Below are positions 39,961 through 49,448 of a DNA stretch of 64,000 bases, one piece after another; the stretch's first letter is position 1, and every line of letters begins with the position of its first letter. This stretch comes from a virus. Lineage: Duplodnaviria; Caudoviricetes. The translations under genes were made by a program, and so were the position numbers. The notes below the pieces were generated by a model, which was given only the letters and a program-made list of their open reading frames with translations, was not told the DNA's origin and did not search any database. Location of the stretch: IMG/VR virus record IMGVR_UViG_3300005077_000489, positions 1 to 64,000 of that record; one strand, written 5' to 3'.

Positions 39961-41262
39961 ATGAAATTAGGAAAATATAGATTTTTTGCTAGGAGTGGTT
40001 ATCTAACAACATTTGCTTCTTTAGATTTGGCTATTAATGATAAGATCTCCAGTGGTCTTTCAGAGCATGTTATGTTTCCAGAGACTATGACTCCAGATAT
40101 TGTTCCATTCTCTGGTAAGATGGTAGAGAGCGGAGCCAACCTAAATAGAGCTTATTTTGCTGTTGATGAACTTGTAAAGGCTTATGATACTATACCATAT
40201 AAACCGTTGGACCTTGAACATGATTTAGAACGTATTATTGGACATATCTGGTCCCATTCATATGTGAATAGGGTTACTAATAAAAAGTTGGATAAAGAGT
40301 ATTTGGCTGGATTATCAATGGAGGAATTAAAGAAATTACAAGTAGACGTAATGATAGGAGGTATAACCTACATAGACAGATTTCCAGAACTAGAAAGTCC
40401 AATAAAAAGAAAGAGTTATGCTTTAAGTATGGAGTGTTACTTCAACAATTATGACTTGATACTCGAAAATGGCGTGAGAGTTACATTAGATGAAGCCATG
40501 TCTCTAGGATTAGAGAGCCTTATAGATATATTGATGGGTGAATTTGATAGTGAGGAATCTCTCATAAAGGCACATAAATTAACTGTAATTATGGCAGACG
40601 GTAAGCCTACTACTATGTCTGTATTTAAATATTTACAGGAAATCATCTTCAGTGGAGTAGCTTTTGTTCTCGCACCAGCGTGCCCTAGCTGTTCGGTGGT
40701 TTTAACTGGCTATGATAACTGTGATTGTAAAGAAAAACAAGCTGCTTCCATTAATAAAGACGAACTTCCTATATTAGACCTCACAAAATTAGATAGTTAT
40801 ATGTCAAAATGGAGAGACTCAAAGGAAGGAAAACCGATGAATGTACAAGTAAAAGAAGATTTAAAGGATAAGGCAGATGTGAGTCCTGCTATGCCTACAG
40901 GTGTAGATACAGTTCCTAATGACTTTACTACGAATCCTACTCCTTGCCCTAATTATAAAGTTAGAGCCGCCGAGGCTGGCACTCCTGAGGATAGTTGGTG
41001 TACCTATGCTGATACTAAATGTGATGTTGCTGGTAATAGGACATTACATGATTGTCTGCGGTGGTCCAAGGATGCAGAAACAGGTAGGTGGTTTTATGAT
41101 ACGCGTAGTACAAAAGGGGAGACAGATTCGGTAGAAGACGAATTAGTTAATGACCCTAAAGAAGAAGCTTCTATAAAGAATAAATATAAGGCTCTCAATA
41201 ATTTTATAGATAGCAAACTCCTAGAAATAGAAGCTAGACGTGTAGCTTCCGAGGAGGAGTAA
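39961..41262 (+). CDS. Probable prohead protease / capsid maturation protein
   Basis: NLNRAYF...KPLDLEHD..RIIGHI, LSMEC.F and IIFSGVAFVLAPA segments resemble large-phage prohead proteases; position after the portal. Confidence 0.6.
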   Translation: MKLGKYRFFARSGYLTTFASLDLAINDKISSGLSEHVMFPETMTPDIVPFSGKMVESGANLNRAYFAVDELVKAYDTIPYKPLDLEHDLERIIGHIWSHSYVNRVTNKKLDKEYLAGLSMEELKKLQVDVMIGGITYIDRFPELESPIKRKSYALSMECYFNNYDLILENGVRVTLDEAMSLGLESLIDILMGEFDSEESLIKAHKLTVIMADGKPTTMSVFKYLQEIIFSGVAFVLAPACPSCSVVLTGYDNCDCKEKQAASINKDELPILDLTKLDSYMSKWRDSKEGKPMNVQVKEDLKDKADVSPAMPTGVDTVPNDFTTNPTPCPNYKVRAAEAGTPEDSWCTYADTKCDVAGNRTLHDCLRWSKDAETGRWFYDTRSTKGETDSVEDELVNDPKEEASIKNKYKALNNFIDSKLLEIEARRVASEEE

Positions 41263-41263
41263 A

Positions 41264-41599
41264 ATGGGAAATTATGATTATGGCGGAAGGAAAGCAGAAG
41301 GAGCTAAACCCTTTTCCGGTTATGCTTGTAAATATGTAACTATTTCTGGGACTAGTTCTGATTACAGTTTGAGAGACAATACTACACTGTTTGATATCAT
41401 TAGTAATCCCGTACAAGTTCTGATAAGAAACGGCTCCCAGAATATTATGGTAAAATTTAATAATTTGGAGTGTGATCTAGTGAGAATTAGTGCCAATGCA
41501 GACTTTGGTGTAGATAGCTTTGTTATTAATGATATATATGTAACTGTATCAGGGGTATCTGATGCAAGCATGGATATTTTTACATTAGGCTGGAATTAG
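41264..41599 (+). CDS. Small beta-rich protein, paralog of 44405-44713
   Basis: Shared DYSLRDNTTLFD / DWSLREHTTLFD segments and ends LGWN / LGYN. Confidence 0.7.
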   Translation: MGNYDYGGRKAEGAKPFSGYACKYVTISGTSSDYSLRDNTTLFDIISNPVQVLIRNGSQNIMVKFNNLECDLVRISANADFGVDSFVINDIYVTVSGVSDASMDIFTLGWN

Positions 41600-41602
41600 T
41601 CA

Positions 41603-43549
41603 ATGGGTATCTATCATTCTCGTCCGATAAGCGGCAGTGGGTCTATTCCTGTAGAAGTTTTAGGGAATGCTACAGAAGAAAATCCGGTCCTTGCACGAAA
41701 TGACCCCGCCGTATCTGCACTTGTTCTTTCTCTTGGGGCTGAGTCGGTTGCGGCTACTGAAGAGGTGGCTGGTGCGTCTCTCACAGGAGGAGCTGCTACC
41801 GTTTCTGATTCTGGAACCGGCAATACGATAGAGATTCATCCGAACGACGGCATCACGGCGAATACCAATCAGATCACCCTGAACCACCTTGCTGCTATTG
41901 CCGGAAACGTAGGATTGAGTAGCTTAAACACAGTGCTTGGTATTGGAGACCTTCTCGCTGCTCTTGGCACAATGGAAAACCACACAGAAGTGCTTTGGAA
42001 CAATATGGGCGGTGGAGTTGGGGAGTCTGCTATTAAGTCGTCTGCCAGCTTCACTTGGGACGAGGATAGTAAGCAGCTTACCATTCGCGGCAAGATCCAC
42101 TTGGAAAGCCCTATCGGAGAAACAGAAGAAACGGGAAATATCCTGGTAAACACTCTTGCTCCGATGTTGACCACCGGTGAGTCAAATATTCTTGTAGGCG
42201 GGGCTGGTGCTGCCGTCACAGAGGGCAGTCGGAACGTTGTTCTCGGTGGTGATGCCTTTGCTTCTGAAGACACGGGGTCTGACAACATCGTGCTCGGGGC
42301 TGGTGCGGCTAATCAGCAAACAGGGATTTTCGGGACTGTAGCGATAGGCACGGATGCCCTTAGCTGGAATACCGCAGCCGGATGTTTTGCTATTGGATTT
42401 GAAGCTCTCAGAGAACACACTACTGGTGCATATAGTATGGGGCTTGGCTATCAAGCCGGGAAGTATCAAACCGGGGAGGGTGTTTTAGCTATAGGCTACC
42501 AAGCACTCCTCGGTGTTGAGGGCTCCAGCACTGGATCAACCAATATAGCAATCGGCAACGGCGTCTTCAAGGGGATGACAACAGGGACGGTGAACCTCGG
42601 AATCGGTGACAATGTTGGGGAAGCCTTAACCACTTCGGAGAAAAATACGCTCATTGGCATCAACGTAATGGCGAATAGTACCTCCAGTAGTTCAGAAAAC
42701 GTAATGATTGGGAACAATATTGCAGATGTATATGGCGGAAATAGGTCTTGGAATGTTTTTGTTGGTTATGGGGCTGGACACGGCGATGCAGGCGGACTCT
42801 CAAATACGGTTGTTGGACATGGTGCGGGAGCTGGTTCAGGCGCTTTGGTTGAATGTGTTGCAATCGGAAGAGGCGCAATAAATCGAAATAGCGACAGCAC
42901 CGGAGCCGTGGCAGTTGGTGCTTATTCCTGCGAAAAGTCTGCCACTGTAGTCGGCAGAACTGCCGTAGGCACGGCTACAGGGTGTAACAACACCGGTAAC
43001 AATAACACCTTTGTTGGGTATAATTCAGGTTTAGGGGTTGAGGGGTCATCCACAGGTGGAAACAATACAACTCTTGGCTTTGAGACTCTGAAGGCACTCA
43101 CCTCGGGGGCAGGTAACTGTGTCGGCGGCTACCAGGGTATGAACGCCTTAACTACGGGCGACAGCAACACTTCGTGGGGCAGTCAGGCTGGAATCAAAGC
43201 AAACGGCGATTCTGACGGCAATATTTTTCTCGGATACATGGCCGGTCCGTCGTCTGCTGCGGCAATCGACAACGCTTTGTATATCCACAACGCTGAGGGG
43301 GCACCCACGATCTACGGCGATCTGGCCAACAAGTACGTCGGATTCGGGGGGATAGAAGACCCAGCAAGTCCGGTGGACATAAACGGTATTTTAACACTTA
43401 GGGCAACTACAGAACCAGAAGAGTCTCCTGCAACGGATAGTGTTTATTTATATCTTACTGCATCGGGTACTAGTCCAAGTAAAGACTTGTCTATATGGGC
43501 TAAATTTGAGGACGGTTCTGCCGAGATAATTAAAACTGTTACGGTATAA
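41603..43549 (+). CDS. Fibre/adhesin-like virion protein with Gly/Ala/Asn beta-roll repeats
   Basis: Many ~14-residue N(T/V)(A/V)(V/I)G..A repeats (YadA-head-like); central part is visibly GC-richer. Confidence 0.7.
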   Translation: MGIYHSRPISGSGSIPVEVLGNATEENPVLARNDPAVSALVLSLGAESVAATEEVAGASLTGGAATVSDSGTGNTIEIHPNDGITANTNQITLNHLAAIAGNVGLSSLNTVLGIGDLLAALGTMENHTEVLWNNMGGGVGESAIKSSASFTWDEDSKQLTIRGKIHLESPIGETEETGNILVNTLAPMLTTGESNILVGGAGAAVTEGSRNVVLGGDAFASEDTGSDNIVLGAGAANQQTGIFGTVAIGTDALSWNTAAGCFAIGFEALREHTTGAYSMGLGYQAGKYQTGEGVLAIGYQALLGVEGSSTGSTNIAIGNGVFKGMTTGTVNLGIGDNVGEALTTSEKNTLIGINVMANSTSSSSENVMIGNNIADVYGGNRSWNVFVGYGAGHGDAGGLSNTVVGHGAGAGSGALVECVAIGRGAINRNSDSTGAVAVGAYSCEKSATVVGRTAVGTATGCNNTGNNNTFVGYNSGLGVEGSSTGGNNTTLGFETLKALTSGAGNCVGGYQGMNALTTGDSNTSWGSQAGIKANGDSDGNIFLGYMAGPSSAAAIDNALYIHNAEGAPTIYGDLANKYVGFGGIEDPASPVDINGILTLRATTEPEESPATDSVYLYLTASGTSPSKDLSIWAKFEDGSAEIIKTVTV

Positions 43550-43582
43550 TAATATAATTTACAAAGAGAAAGGAGAGGAATT

Positions 43583-43897
43583 ATGTCAAAGGTTTTTATT
43601 CATTTAGTTCTTAATACTGTTGATACTGAAGGGGTAAATACTGTTTTACAAACAGTAGTAAACGAGGAAGTGGAGGAGCAAGTAGATGCTGCTACAAGTA
43701 TGTCTGCGAAGATATTGTCTATAATTGCTAATAAGGATAAATTTCTAACATTTCCAGTAGAGAATGGTCTCGCATCTGTAAAGGGTTCTACTATTGAATG
43801 GTTCCAAGTGATAAATGTGGCGGAGATGAAAGAAGAAAAAATAGAGAAGGATAAATCTTATACCGTGCTGCCGCCCCGAAGGATTTTTGAGGAATAA
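43583..43897 (+). CDS. Hypothetical protein
   Basis: 104-aa ORF with GGAGAGG RBS. Confidence 0.65.
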   Translation: MSKVFIHLVLNTVDTEGVNTVLQTVVNEEVEEQVDAATSMSAKILSIIANKDKFLTFPVENGLASVKGSTIEWFQVINVAEMKEEKIEKDKSYTVLPPRRIFEE

Positions 43898-43909
43898 GGT
43901 GTTAATATT

Positions 43910-44392
43910 GTGACTGAACGTTCTGTAGGAATAAATACCACCAACGCTACTGATTATGTTGCTGCCTTTATAGCGTCTGAACAAGCGGACGGGCATTCGA
44001 GACAGATTCAAATTATTGCATTTACCGGGGGGAAAATTGATTCTACAGTTGGTTCTCAGACTCGAAGTGTAACTAGTAATGATAGTGATAATTTAGAATA
44101 TATTTCGGATACTGTCGCCGTGGGCGATGACTGTTACTTAGGTTGCTACATTAAACACTCTGAGCCTAGCGGTTCTTGTGTGGTTACCCCATTATTGTGT
44201 GACGCCGGTGGCGGGGTAATAGGCGTACTAGAACCTAAAAAGTCTGTTGCTATTCCCGTTGCGAGTGGCTCTCATTATTTATCCACTTGCTTAACTTGGC
44301 AAATTATGGGTACTGGGGCATGGCGTGTCTATCCCCATATTAATAAGTTATCGGAGTCTAATAGTGTGGATGTCTGGCTTTACAGTTACTAA
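43910..44392 (+). CDS. Hypothetical beta-rich protein
   Basis: 160-aa ORF (GTG start) in operon. Confidence 0.65.
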   Translation: MTERSVGINTTNATDYVAAFIASEQADGHSRQIQIIAFTGGKIDSTVGSQTRSVTSNDSDNLEYISDTVAVGDDCYLGCYIKHSEPSGSCVVTPLLCDAGGGVIGVLEPKKSVAIPVASGSHYLSTCLTWQIMGTGAWRVYPHINKLSESNSVDVWLYSY

Positions 44393-44404
44393 GAGGGGAA
44401 TAAA

Positions 44405-44713
44405 ATGGACTCAATACAAGATTATAGACGTTCTAGTATTAAATATTCCTCAGTAAGTATTACATTAGCAGAAGACGTTATAGACTGGAGTTTGAGGGAG
44501 CATACGACTCTTTTCGACAAAACGACTATAGGGCGAGAAATAGTTCTAAGAAACACTGCTCCTATATTTGTTAAATTAAATTCAGTAATCAATGATACTA
44601 TAGAACTATTTGAGTATGAAGGTTTAAATATGGTGGGGTATCCGGTGGAAGATATATATATTTCAGGTGCCACAGGAGCGATCATCAGAATATTATTGCT
44701 GGGTTATAATTAA
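44405..44713 (+). CDS. Small beta-rich protein, paralog of 41264-41599
   Basis: Colinear similarity along the whole length. Confidence 0.7.
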   Translation: MDSIQDYRRSSIKYSSVSITLAEDVIDWSLREHTTLFDKTTIGREIVLRNTAPIFVKLNSVINDTIELFEYEGLNMVGYPVEDIYISGATGAIIRILLLGYN

Positions 44714-44983
44714 AAAATGGCTAGACCTAAGATAGTAATCATAGATAATAAATTAGGTAAGAAACCCAAGAGGCTGGACCTTAGTGCTTTTAATAAAGAA
44801 GGTTTACTAAAAAGATTGTACTTATTCTTTAAGTTTATACTAAAGGATACTTATTAGAGAAGTTTAATTAATTATCTCTAGGCGGTTGGGTGTTACCCGG
44901 GTATGGTTAAACCTTAGTGTTTTGCAATAATGGGAATCTCCTGACTAAAAGTCCACGATTTTGAGATCCTAGGAAGAAGAATT

Positions 44984-45904
44984 ATGAATATACTTTATAA
45001 CTTATATAAACAATATAATTTTATGGATGCTACTATTGTTCAAGGAATGAGATCTTTGGGTCATCATGTATTTAGTGTCAATGAGGTAGCTAGTAATTAT
45101 GCAGAGCCTTATAATGGAGAGGATTATAGCCTTTATTTCCATTCTGGGCGTCTACCCTTCTCACCAAATCAAGCATCAATTCCTTCCGACTTGAAGGATG
45201 TTCCACGTATTCTTGTTTGGGGGCACGACTCAGGGATAACAAAAGAGCATCAATGGTTTCCTGATATATTAGGGTGGGATGCCTGCTTTATTCGTGATCT
45301 CCGCGAAAATTGTGGATCAAATGTTTTTCCAATTCACTACGGGATAGAAGATCGTTATTATTGTGAAACAAAAGAACTACGAAAACCACTCAGGGACAGG
45401 TCTATTGATATTTTCTTTAGAGGACAGTTATATAAGCACAGAGCCCAAATTCTTGCTGAGATCCAAAAAGAGTTTGGAAATACCTATATCCTATCAATTA
45501 ATGATAGGAGTCTTGATGACACAGATGACTTATGGACCCCGCAAATGAAAGATGGTAGAGGTATTCATCAAATTTCTTACTACCAGCAGATGGCAGATTC
45601 TAAAATAGTTCTCTCACTTTTAGGACTAGGACCTGACTGTGCGAGACATTGGGAGGCATTGGCATCTGGGGCAGTACCCCTTATTCAATTTATGCCAATT
45701 ATATATGTTAAGCCGTGGTTGAAAAATACGCAGGAGTATTTTTATTTTACTGGAATTGATGATTGTCTGTATATCATATCAGAATTACTAGAAAATCTTG
45801 ACCTGGCTCAATCTGTAGCTAATGCTGGCTTTGAATCCGGCATGCAGAATCATACAACCGCAAGTCGGGCAGAATATATCCTCGGATGTTTGGGGGTTAA
45901 ATAA
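44984..45904 (+). CDS. Glycosyltransferase, CgeB-like (GT-B)
   Basis: IDIFFRG, YYQQMADSKIVLSL, RHWEALASGA, VANAG...NHTTASRAEYIL. Confidence 0.82.
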   Translation: MNILYNLYKQYNFMDATIVQGMRSLGHHVFSVNEVASNYAEPYNGEDYSLYFHSGRLPFSPNQASIPSDLKDVPRILVWGHDSGITKEHQWFPDILGWDACFIRDLRENCGSNVFPIHYGIEDRYYCETKELRKPLRDRSIDIFFRGQLYKHRAQILAEIQKEFGNTYILSINDRSLDDTDDLWTPQMKDGRGIHQISYYQQMADSKIVLSLLGLGPDCARHWEALASGAVPLIQFMPIIYVKPWLKNTQEYFYFTGIDDCLYIISELLENLDLAQSVANAGFESGMQNHTTASRAEYILGCLGVK

Positions 45905-48900
45905 TGCCTTTTATTCGGGATTCTATATGGGTTTATGAATCGGTAACAACCGATGCTGGTATTACTATTCCAATGCCAGCATATCAAGAGAACGATCTTA
46001 TCCTTGTTTTTGCTGCCTCTGATACAGGTGCAACAACATGGGGTTGTTCTGGGTTTACTCAACTCTATGCACGTGCTAACACCGTTTATACAGTGTGCTA
46101 TTACAAGATTGCAACCTCTAGTGAGAGTGACGTTGCGGTAACAGGTTCAAAAAACGAAACGTACAATGGGTGTGTTATTACTATTGGTGATGTTGATACT
46201 TCTTACCCATTTGGAAACCCGGCCGTTTATTCTGAAGCGGGTCTGACAACCGGTACTCGTTATAATATGCCCCAAATTACAACTGATAGAGATAATTGTC
46301 TAATAATATATTTTATGGCTCTTGCTGTGGTGTCCGCTCCCACCTTTATTCAGGGACCGGTTAATTATTTGATCGGAGGTGATGGTGCAGCAGAGTCTAT
46401 GGGGGTAGGGTGGGGATTTCAAAAAGCCCAGGGATCAACCGCAAGTAATGTTTATTCTGCGACCTACGCTTCGGCGGCTGGTGCTAGAGCAGTTATTGAA
46501 ATTGCTGCCCCAGCCACAGGAGCATTAGTAATTCCTTCATATGTTGCTTCCGATTCTTGTAGATTATTGAATCTTATTCATGGTACTACGGCTTGGAACG
46601 GTGATACGGCATTGGCGGCTACGGCAGACTCAAACTTTGGAACCAGTCTAGGTGGGAAAACAGCGAACGATGCAACGGTAGCTGCAGCACAAGATATAGG
46701 AATAATGTCCTTTCACGCTATGGGGGGACTTACAAACGCGAATACAGTCGGACAAATCAGTGGTGCAGAGTTGGTATTTGCTGTTGGTAACCGTCCTAAT
46801 GTAGGTACAAAAAACATTCTGTGCCACGTCAGACCTACTACTCCTGCTCACAGCCAGAGATTTGCCTCGGTTGTTAGCGGACGCGGGTTTTGGTTTGGTA
46901 TGCGTTCAAACACTACCGGAACATCGGATCATATGATTTGGCAGGTTCATGGTTCTGATGCTCCTTGGTCTCCTTCTGAACACGTTCCTATTATTATCAA
47001 TTCAGCGGCAGCGAATGCAAAAGATACTGCTGGGACACTTACTACATCCGCCATTACAGCATTCGGTTTTTGGAATAGTGGAATTTCCAACCTTACTTGT
47101 CAGATGTCCGTAGGTATGCTGTGGTTAATGGATGTAACGGTCATTGCAGGAGGAAACGCGGCTTATCCAATGACAATTCCAGACATTGCTTATATTTGTG
47201 GTGCCAAAGGTAAAGAACGGTATAGTGTAAAACAGCAGGGAGTTTCCCAGATGCTCTGTTTACAACAAATACAATTTGGTAACGGGGGTACAAATCCCAT
47301 ATACCTTAAATTAGAAAATACTGCTATCGAGTTCCCCAAGCAATATGATGCTGCTTCTAAGGTTGTTAATTATAATTCTACAGATAATATGGTAGGTATT
47401 ACTTACTACCCTGGTCCAAATGATACCATTATTCATCGTAATAGTTTGGTTTCAAGTCCTTCTAAATATTTCTGGGGACTACATTCCTCAGCGACTACTT
47501 CGGGTGTCTATGATTTTTCCGGGCTTACCTTAATTGGTGCGGGTCAAATAACACTTATTTCTGGTGTTGCCCTAGATGGCTTAGTTTTTATGGGTTGTGA
47601 CGAAGTACCGGCAGTAGGGGCTGTACTAACTAACTGCGAATTTAATGCTACCGTCGGGAGCGGTTCCCTTTCTGTTTCGTCGTCCGCGGAGATGTCTTCT
47701 ATATCTTCTTGTATTTTTTCTGATAATACATATGGGATACGCCTAACTAGTAGTTCTGCTGATACGTATTCTTTCGATAATATCCAATTTAACAATAATA
47801 CTAATGACCTTTACATAGGGGCTACAACCGGTACTGTTACGATTAATGTAGTAGGGGGAGATACGCCTACATATACTTCTGCTGGTGCTGATGTTGTAGT
47901 AAACAATTTAAAAACATTAACGTTAACTGGGTTAGTTCCTGATAGTGAAGTAAGGATTTATGGTTCTTCACAAGGAGGAACCACTAGTGGTACGCTAAGT
48001 AGTTTTAGCGAAACATTATCTTTATTTGGTGAGGGACTGGGCGATATGTCCTTCCGGCAGATATTACCATTTTCGGAAGCGGGGGAGTCTGTTCGGGTTA
48101 AGGTAAAATCCCCAGAGTTAGGAATTTTGAAGATAGACCATGCTTCTATAGGGGTTCAGGATACCGGCATTAATACTGTTTCTACTCCAGTAGAGATAAA
48201 GTGGGGCGGTAGCTCTGGTGTCACGCTGAGTGGCGGTACAATGGGTGCATCCTCTTCTTCTTATAGTACCACGTTAGATACACAAGATTCGGGGTGGGTT
48301 GGAGATAGTATAAGACAAATAGTTACATTCAGTAATGGGGGAACTCAAGTACGTGTAAGGGTCATTTCTTCTTCTTCTTATGGTACTGATATAGATCACA
48401 TGTCTATAGGAGAACAGGATACCGGTATAAATACTACGGAAACTCCTACAGAATTAAAGTTCGGTGGTAGCTCGGGTGTCAGTTTAGATGCTGGCTCCTC
48501 TTCTGAGTGGAGTGATTGGACTGATTTTCCCTCATCCGGCAGTACAGCTTATGTAATCATAATCGACTATGCGTCATCAAACGGTGGAATTGCTTATACT
48601 AGTGGGGCGAGTGTTAGTAGATACTATAAGGATGCTACTGCCACATGGGACCAGGCATCCGTTACAGGCTTCACAGGACCAGGAACTTATACATATACTT
48701 TTTATTCAATTGAAGTTAGGAGTGTGACCGGTTCTGCGGTGGAATCTTGGAGCGACTGGACTACATTTAATTCTGTTGAGGGTAACCAAATAATAATTTT
48801 TGATATGGCTGCTACCAACTCTGGTATTGCTTATGCTACCGGGTCAAGTGTTGATGCTTATTTTAAAGATGAGACTGATAGCTGGAACCAGTCTAGTGTC

Positions 48901-49182
48901 ACAGGCTTCACAGGACCAGCAGATTATAATTATGGTATAAGTGAGGTAGAGGTTTATTATGAGAACACAACTACCAGCGGGGAGATAGTTGAGTTGGGAG
49001 GGGTCGAAAACTCTAGTTCTAGTTTCCAATACTTATATAATTATACTGATAATACCTATGTGGATATAGTGATACATCATTTAAACTATCAATATTTTAG
49101 GATGGATAGTTATGAATTACCAGAGGCAGATACTTCACTTCCTATAAGTCAAGTAGTAGATAGAAGCTATTTGAATTCATAG
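45904..49182 (+). CDS. Large virion/surface protein with beta-helix-like middle and nested duplicated C-terminal domains
   Basis: 1092 aa, Ser/Thr/Gly rich; repeats F.NN..G/D in the middle; duplicated IDH.SIG.QDTGINT and WSDWT.F blocks. Confidence 0.75.
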   Translation: MPFIRDSIWVYESVTTDAGITIPMPAYQENDLILVFAASDTGATTWGCSGFTQLYARANTVYTVCYYKIATSSESDVAVTGSKNETYNGCVITIGDVDTSYPFGNPAVYSEAGLTTGTRYNMPQITTDRDNCLIIYFMALAVVSAPTFIQGPVNYLIGGDGAAESMGVGWGFQKAQGSTASNVYSATYASAAGARAVIEIAAPATGALVIPSYVASDSCRLLNLIHGTTAWNGDTALAATADSNFGTSLGGKTANDATVAAAQDIGIMSFHAMGGLTNANTVGQISGAELVFAVGNRPNVGTKNILCHVRPTTPAHSQRFASVVSGRGFWFGMRSNTTGTSDHMIWQVHGSDAPWSPSEHVPIIINSAAANAKDTAGTLTTSAITAFGFWNSGISNLTCQMSVGMLWLMDVTVIAGGNAAYPMTIPDIAYICGAKGKERYSVKQQGVSQMLCLQQIQFGNGGTNPIYLKLENTAIEFPKQYDAASKVVNYNSTDNMVGITYYPGPNDTIIHRNSLVSSPSKYFWGLHSSATTSGVYDFSGLTLIGAGQITLISGVALDGLVFMGCDEVPAVGAVLTNCEFNATVGSGSLSVSSSAEMSSISSCIFSDNTYGIRLTSSSADTYSFDNIQFNNNTNDLYIGATTGTVTINVVGGDTPTYTSAGADVVVNNLKTLTLTGLVPDSEVRIYGSSQGGTTSGTLSSFSETLSLFGEGLGDMSFRQILPFSEAGESVRVKVKSPELGILKIDHASIGVQDTGINTVSTPVEIKWGGSSGVTLSGGTMGASSSSYSTTLDTQDSGWVGDSIRQIVTFSNGGTQVRVRVISSSSYGTDIDHMSIGEQDTGINTTETPTELKFGGSSGVSLDAGSSSEWSDWTDFPSSGSTAYVIIIDYASSNGGIAYTSGASVSRYYKDATATWDQASVTGFTGPGTYTYTFYSIEVRSVTGSAVESWSDWTTFNSVEGNQIIIFDMAATNSGIAYATGSSVDAYFKDETDSWNQSSVTGFTGPADYNYGISEVEVYYENTTTSGEIVELGGVENSSSSFQYLYNYTDNTYVDIVIHHLNYQYFRMDSYELPEADTSLPISQVVDRSYLNS

Positions 49183-49296
49183 TCCCTAGTTCTCAGAGAC
49201 GGACAGTTCTATTCCTAGAAGAACTTACAGTCTGGGGCTACAGACTGGCTACGCGAGTAGCGGAAGCCCCCACCTTTAGGTGCGGGGAGTAGTCAC
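49183..49296 (+). ncRNA. Orphan IS200/IS605 right end / TnpB omega-RNA-like scaffold
   Basis: Ends GAAGCCCCCACC-TTTA-GGTGCGGGGAGTAGTCAC, like the tnpB-linked end at 354-385. Upstream hairpins CAGTCTG/CAGACTG and GCTAC-GCGA-GTAGC. No adjacent tnp gene. Confidence 0.7.
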
Positions 49297-49448
49297 TTAG
49301 ATTAACTATCTTTGTTTTCCCTAATAGAAGTCGGGATAGGTGTCATTCTCTATTTTCCAAGGAATAAATCTAAGACAACAAGTAAATATAATTTAATATC
49401 CTGACTTAATAAAGGTATTATAATTTTATTTATGGAGGTTTTAACACT

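Noticed and set aside
49283-49292. GGGGAGTAG as a yybP-ykoY manganese riboswitch start
   Set aside because: It is the 3' arm of the IS605-type end hairpin; the remainder of the riboswitch is absent.
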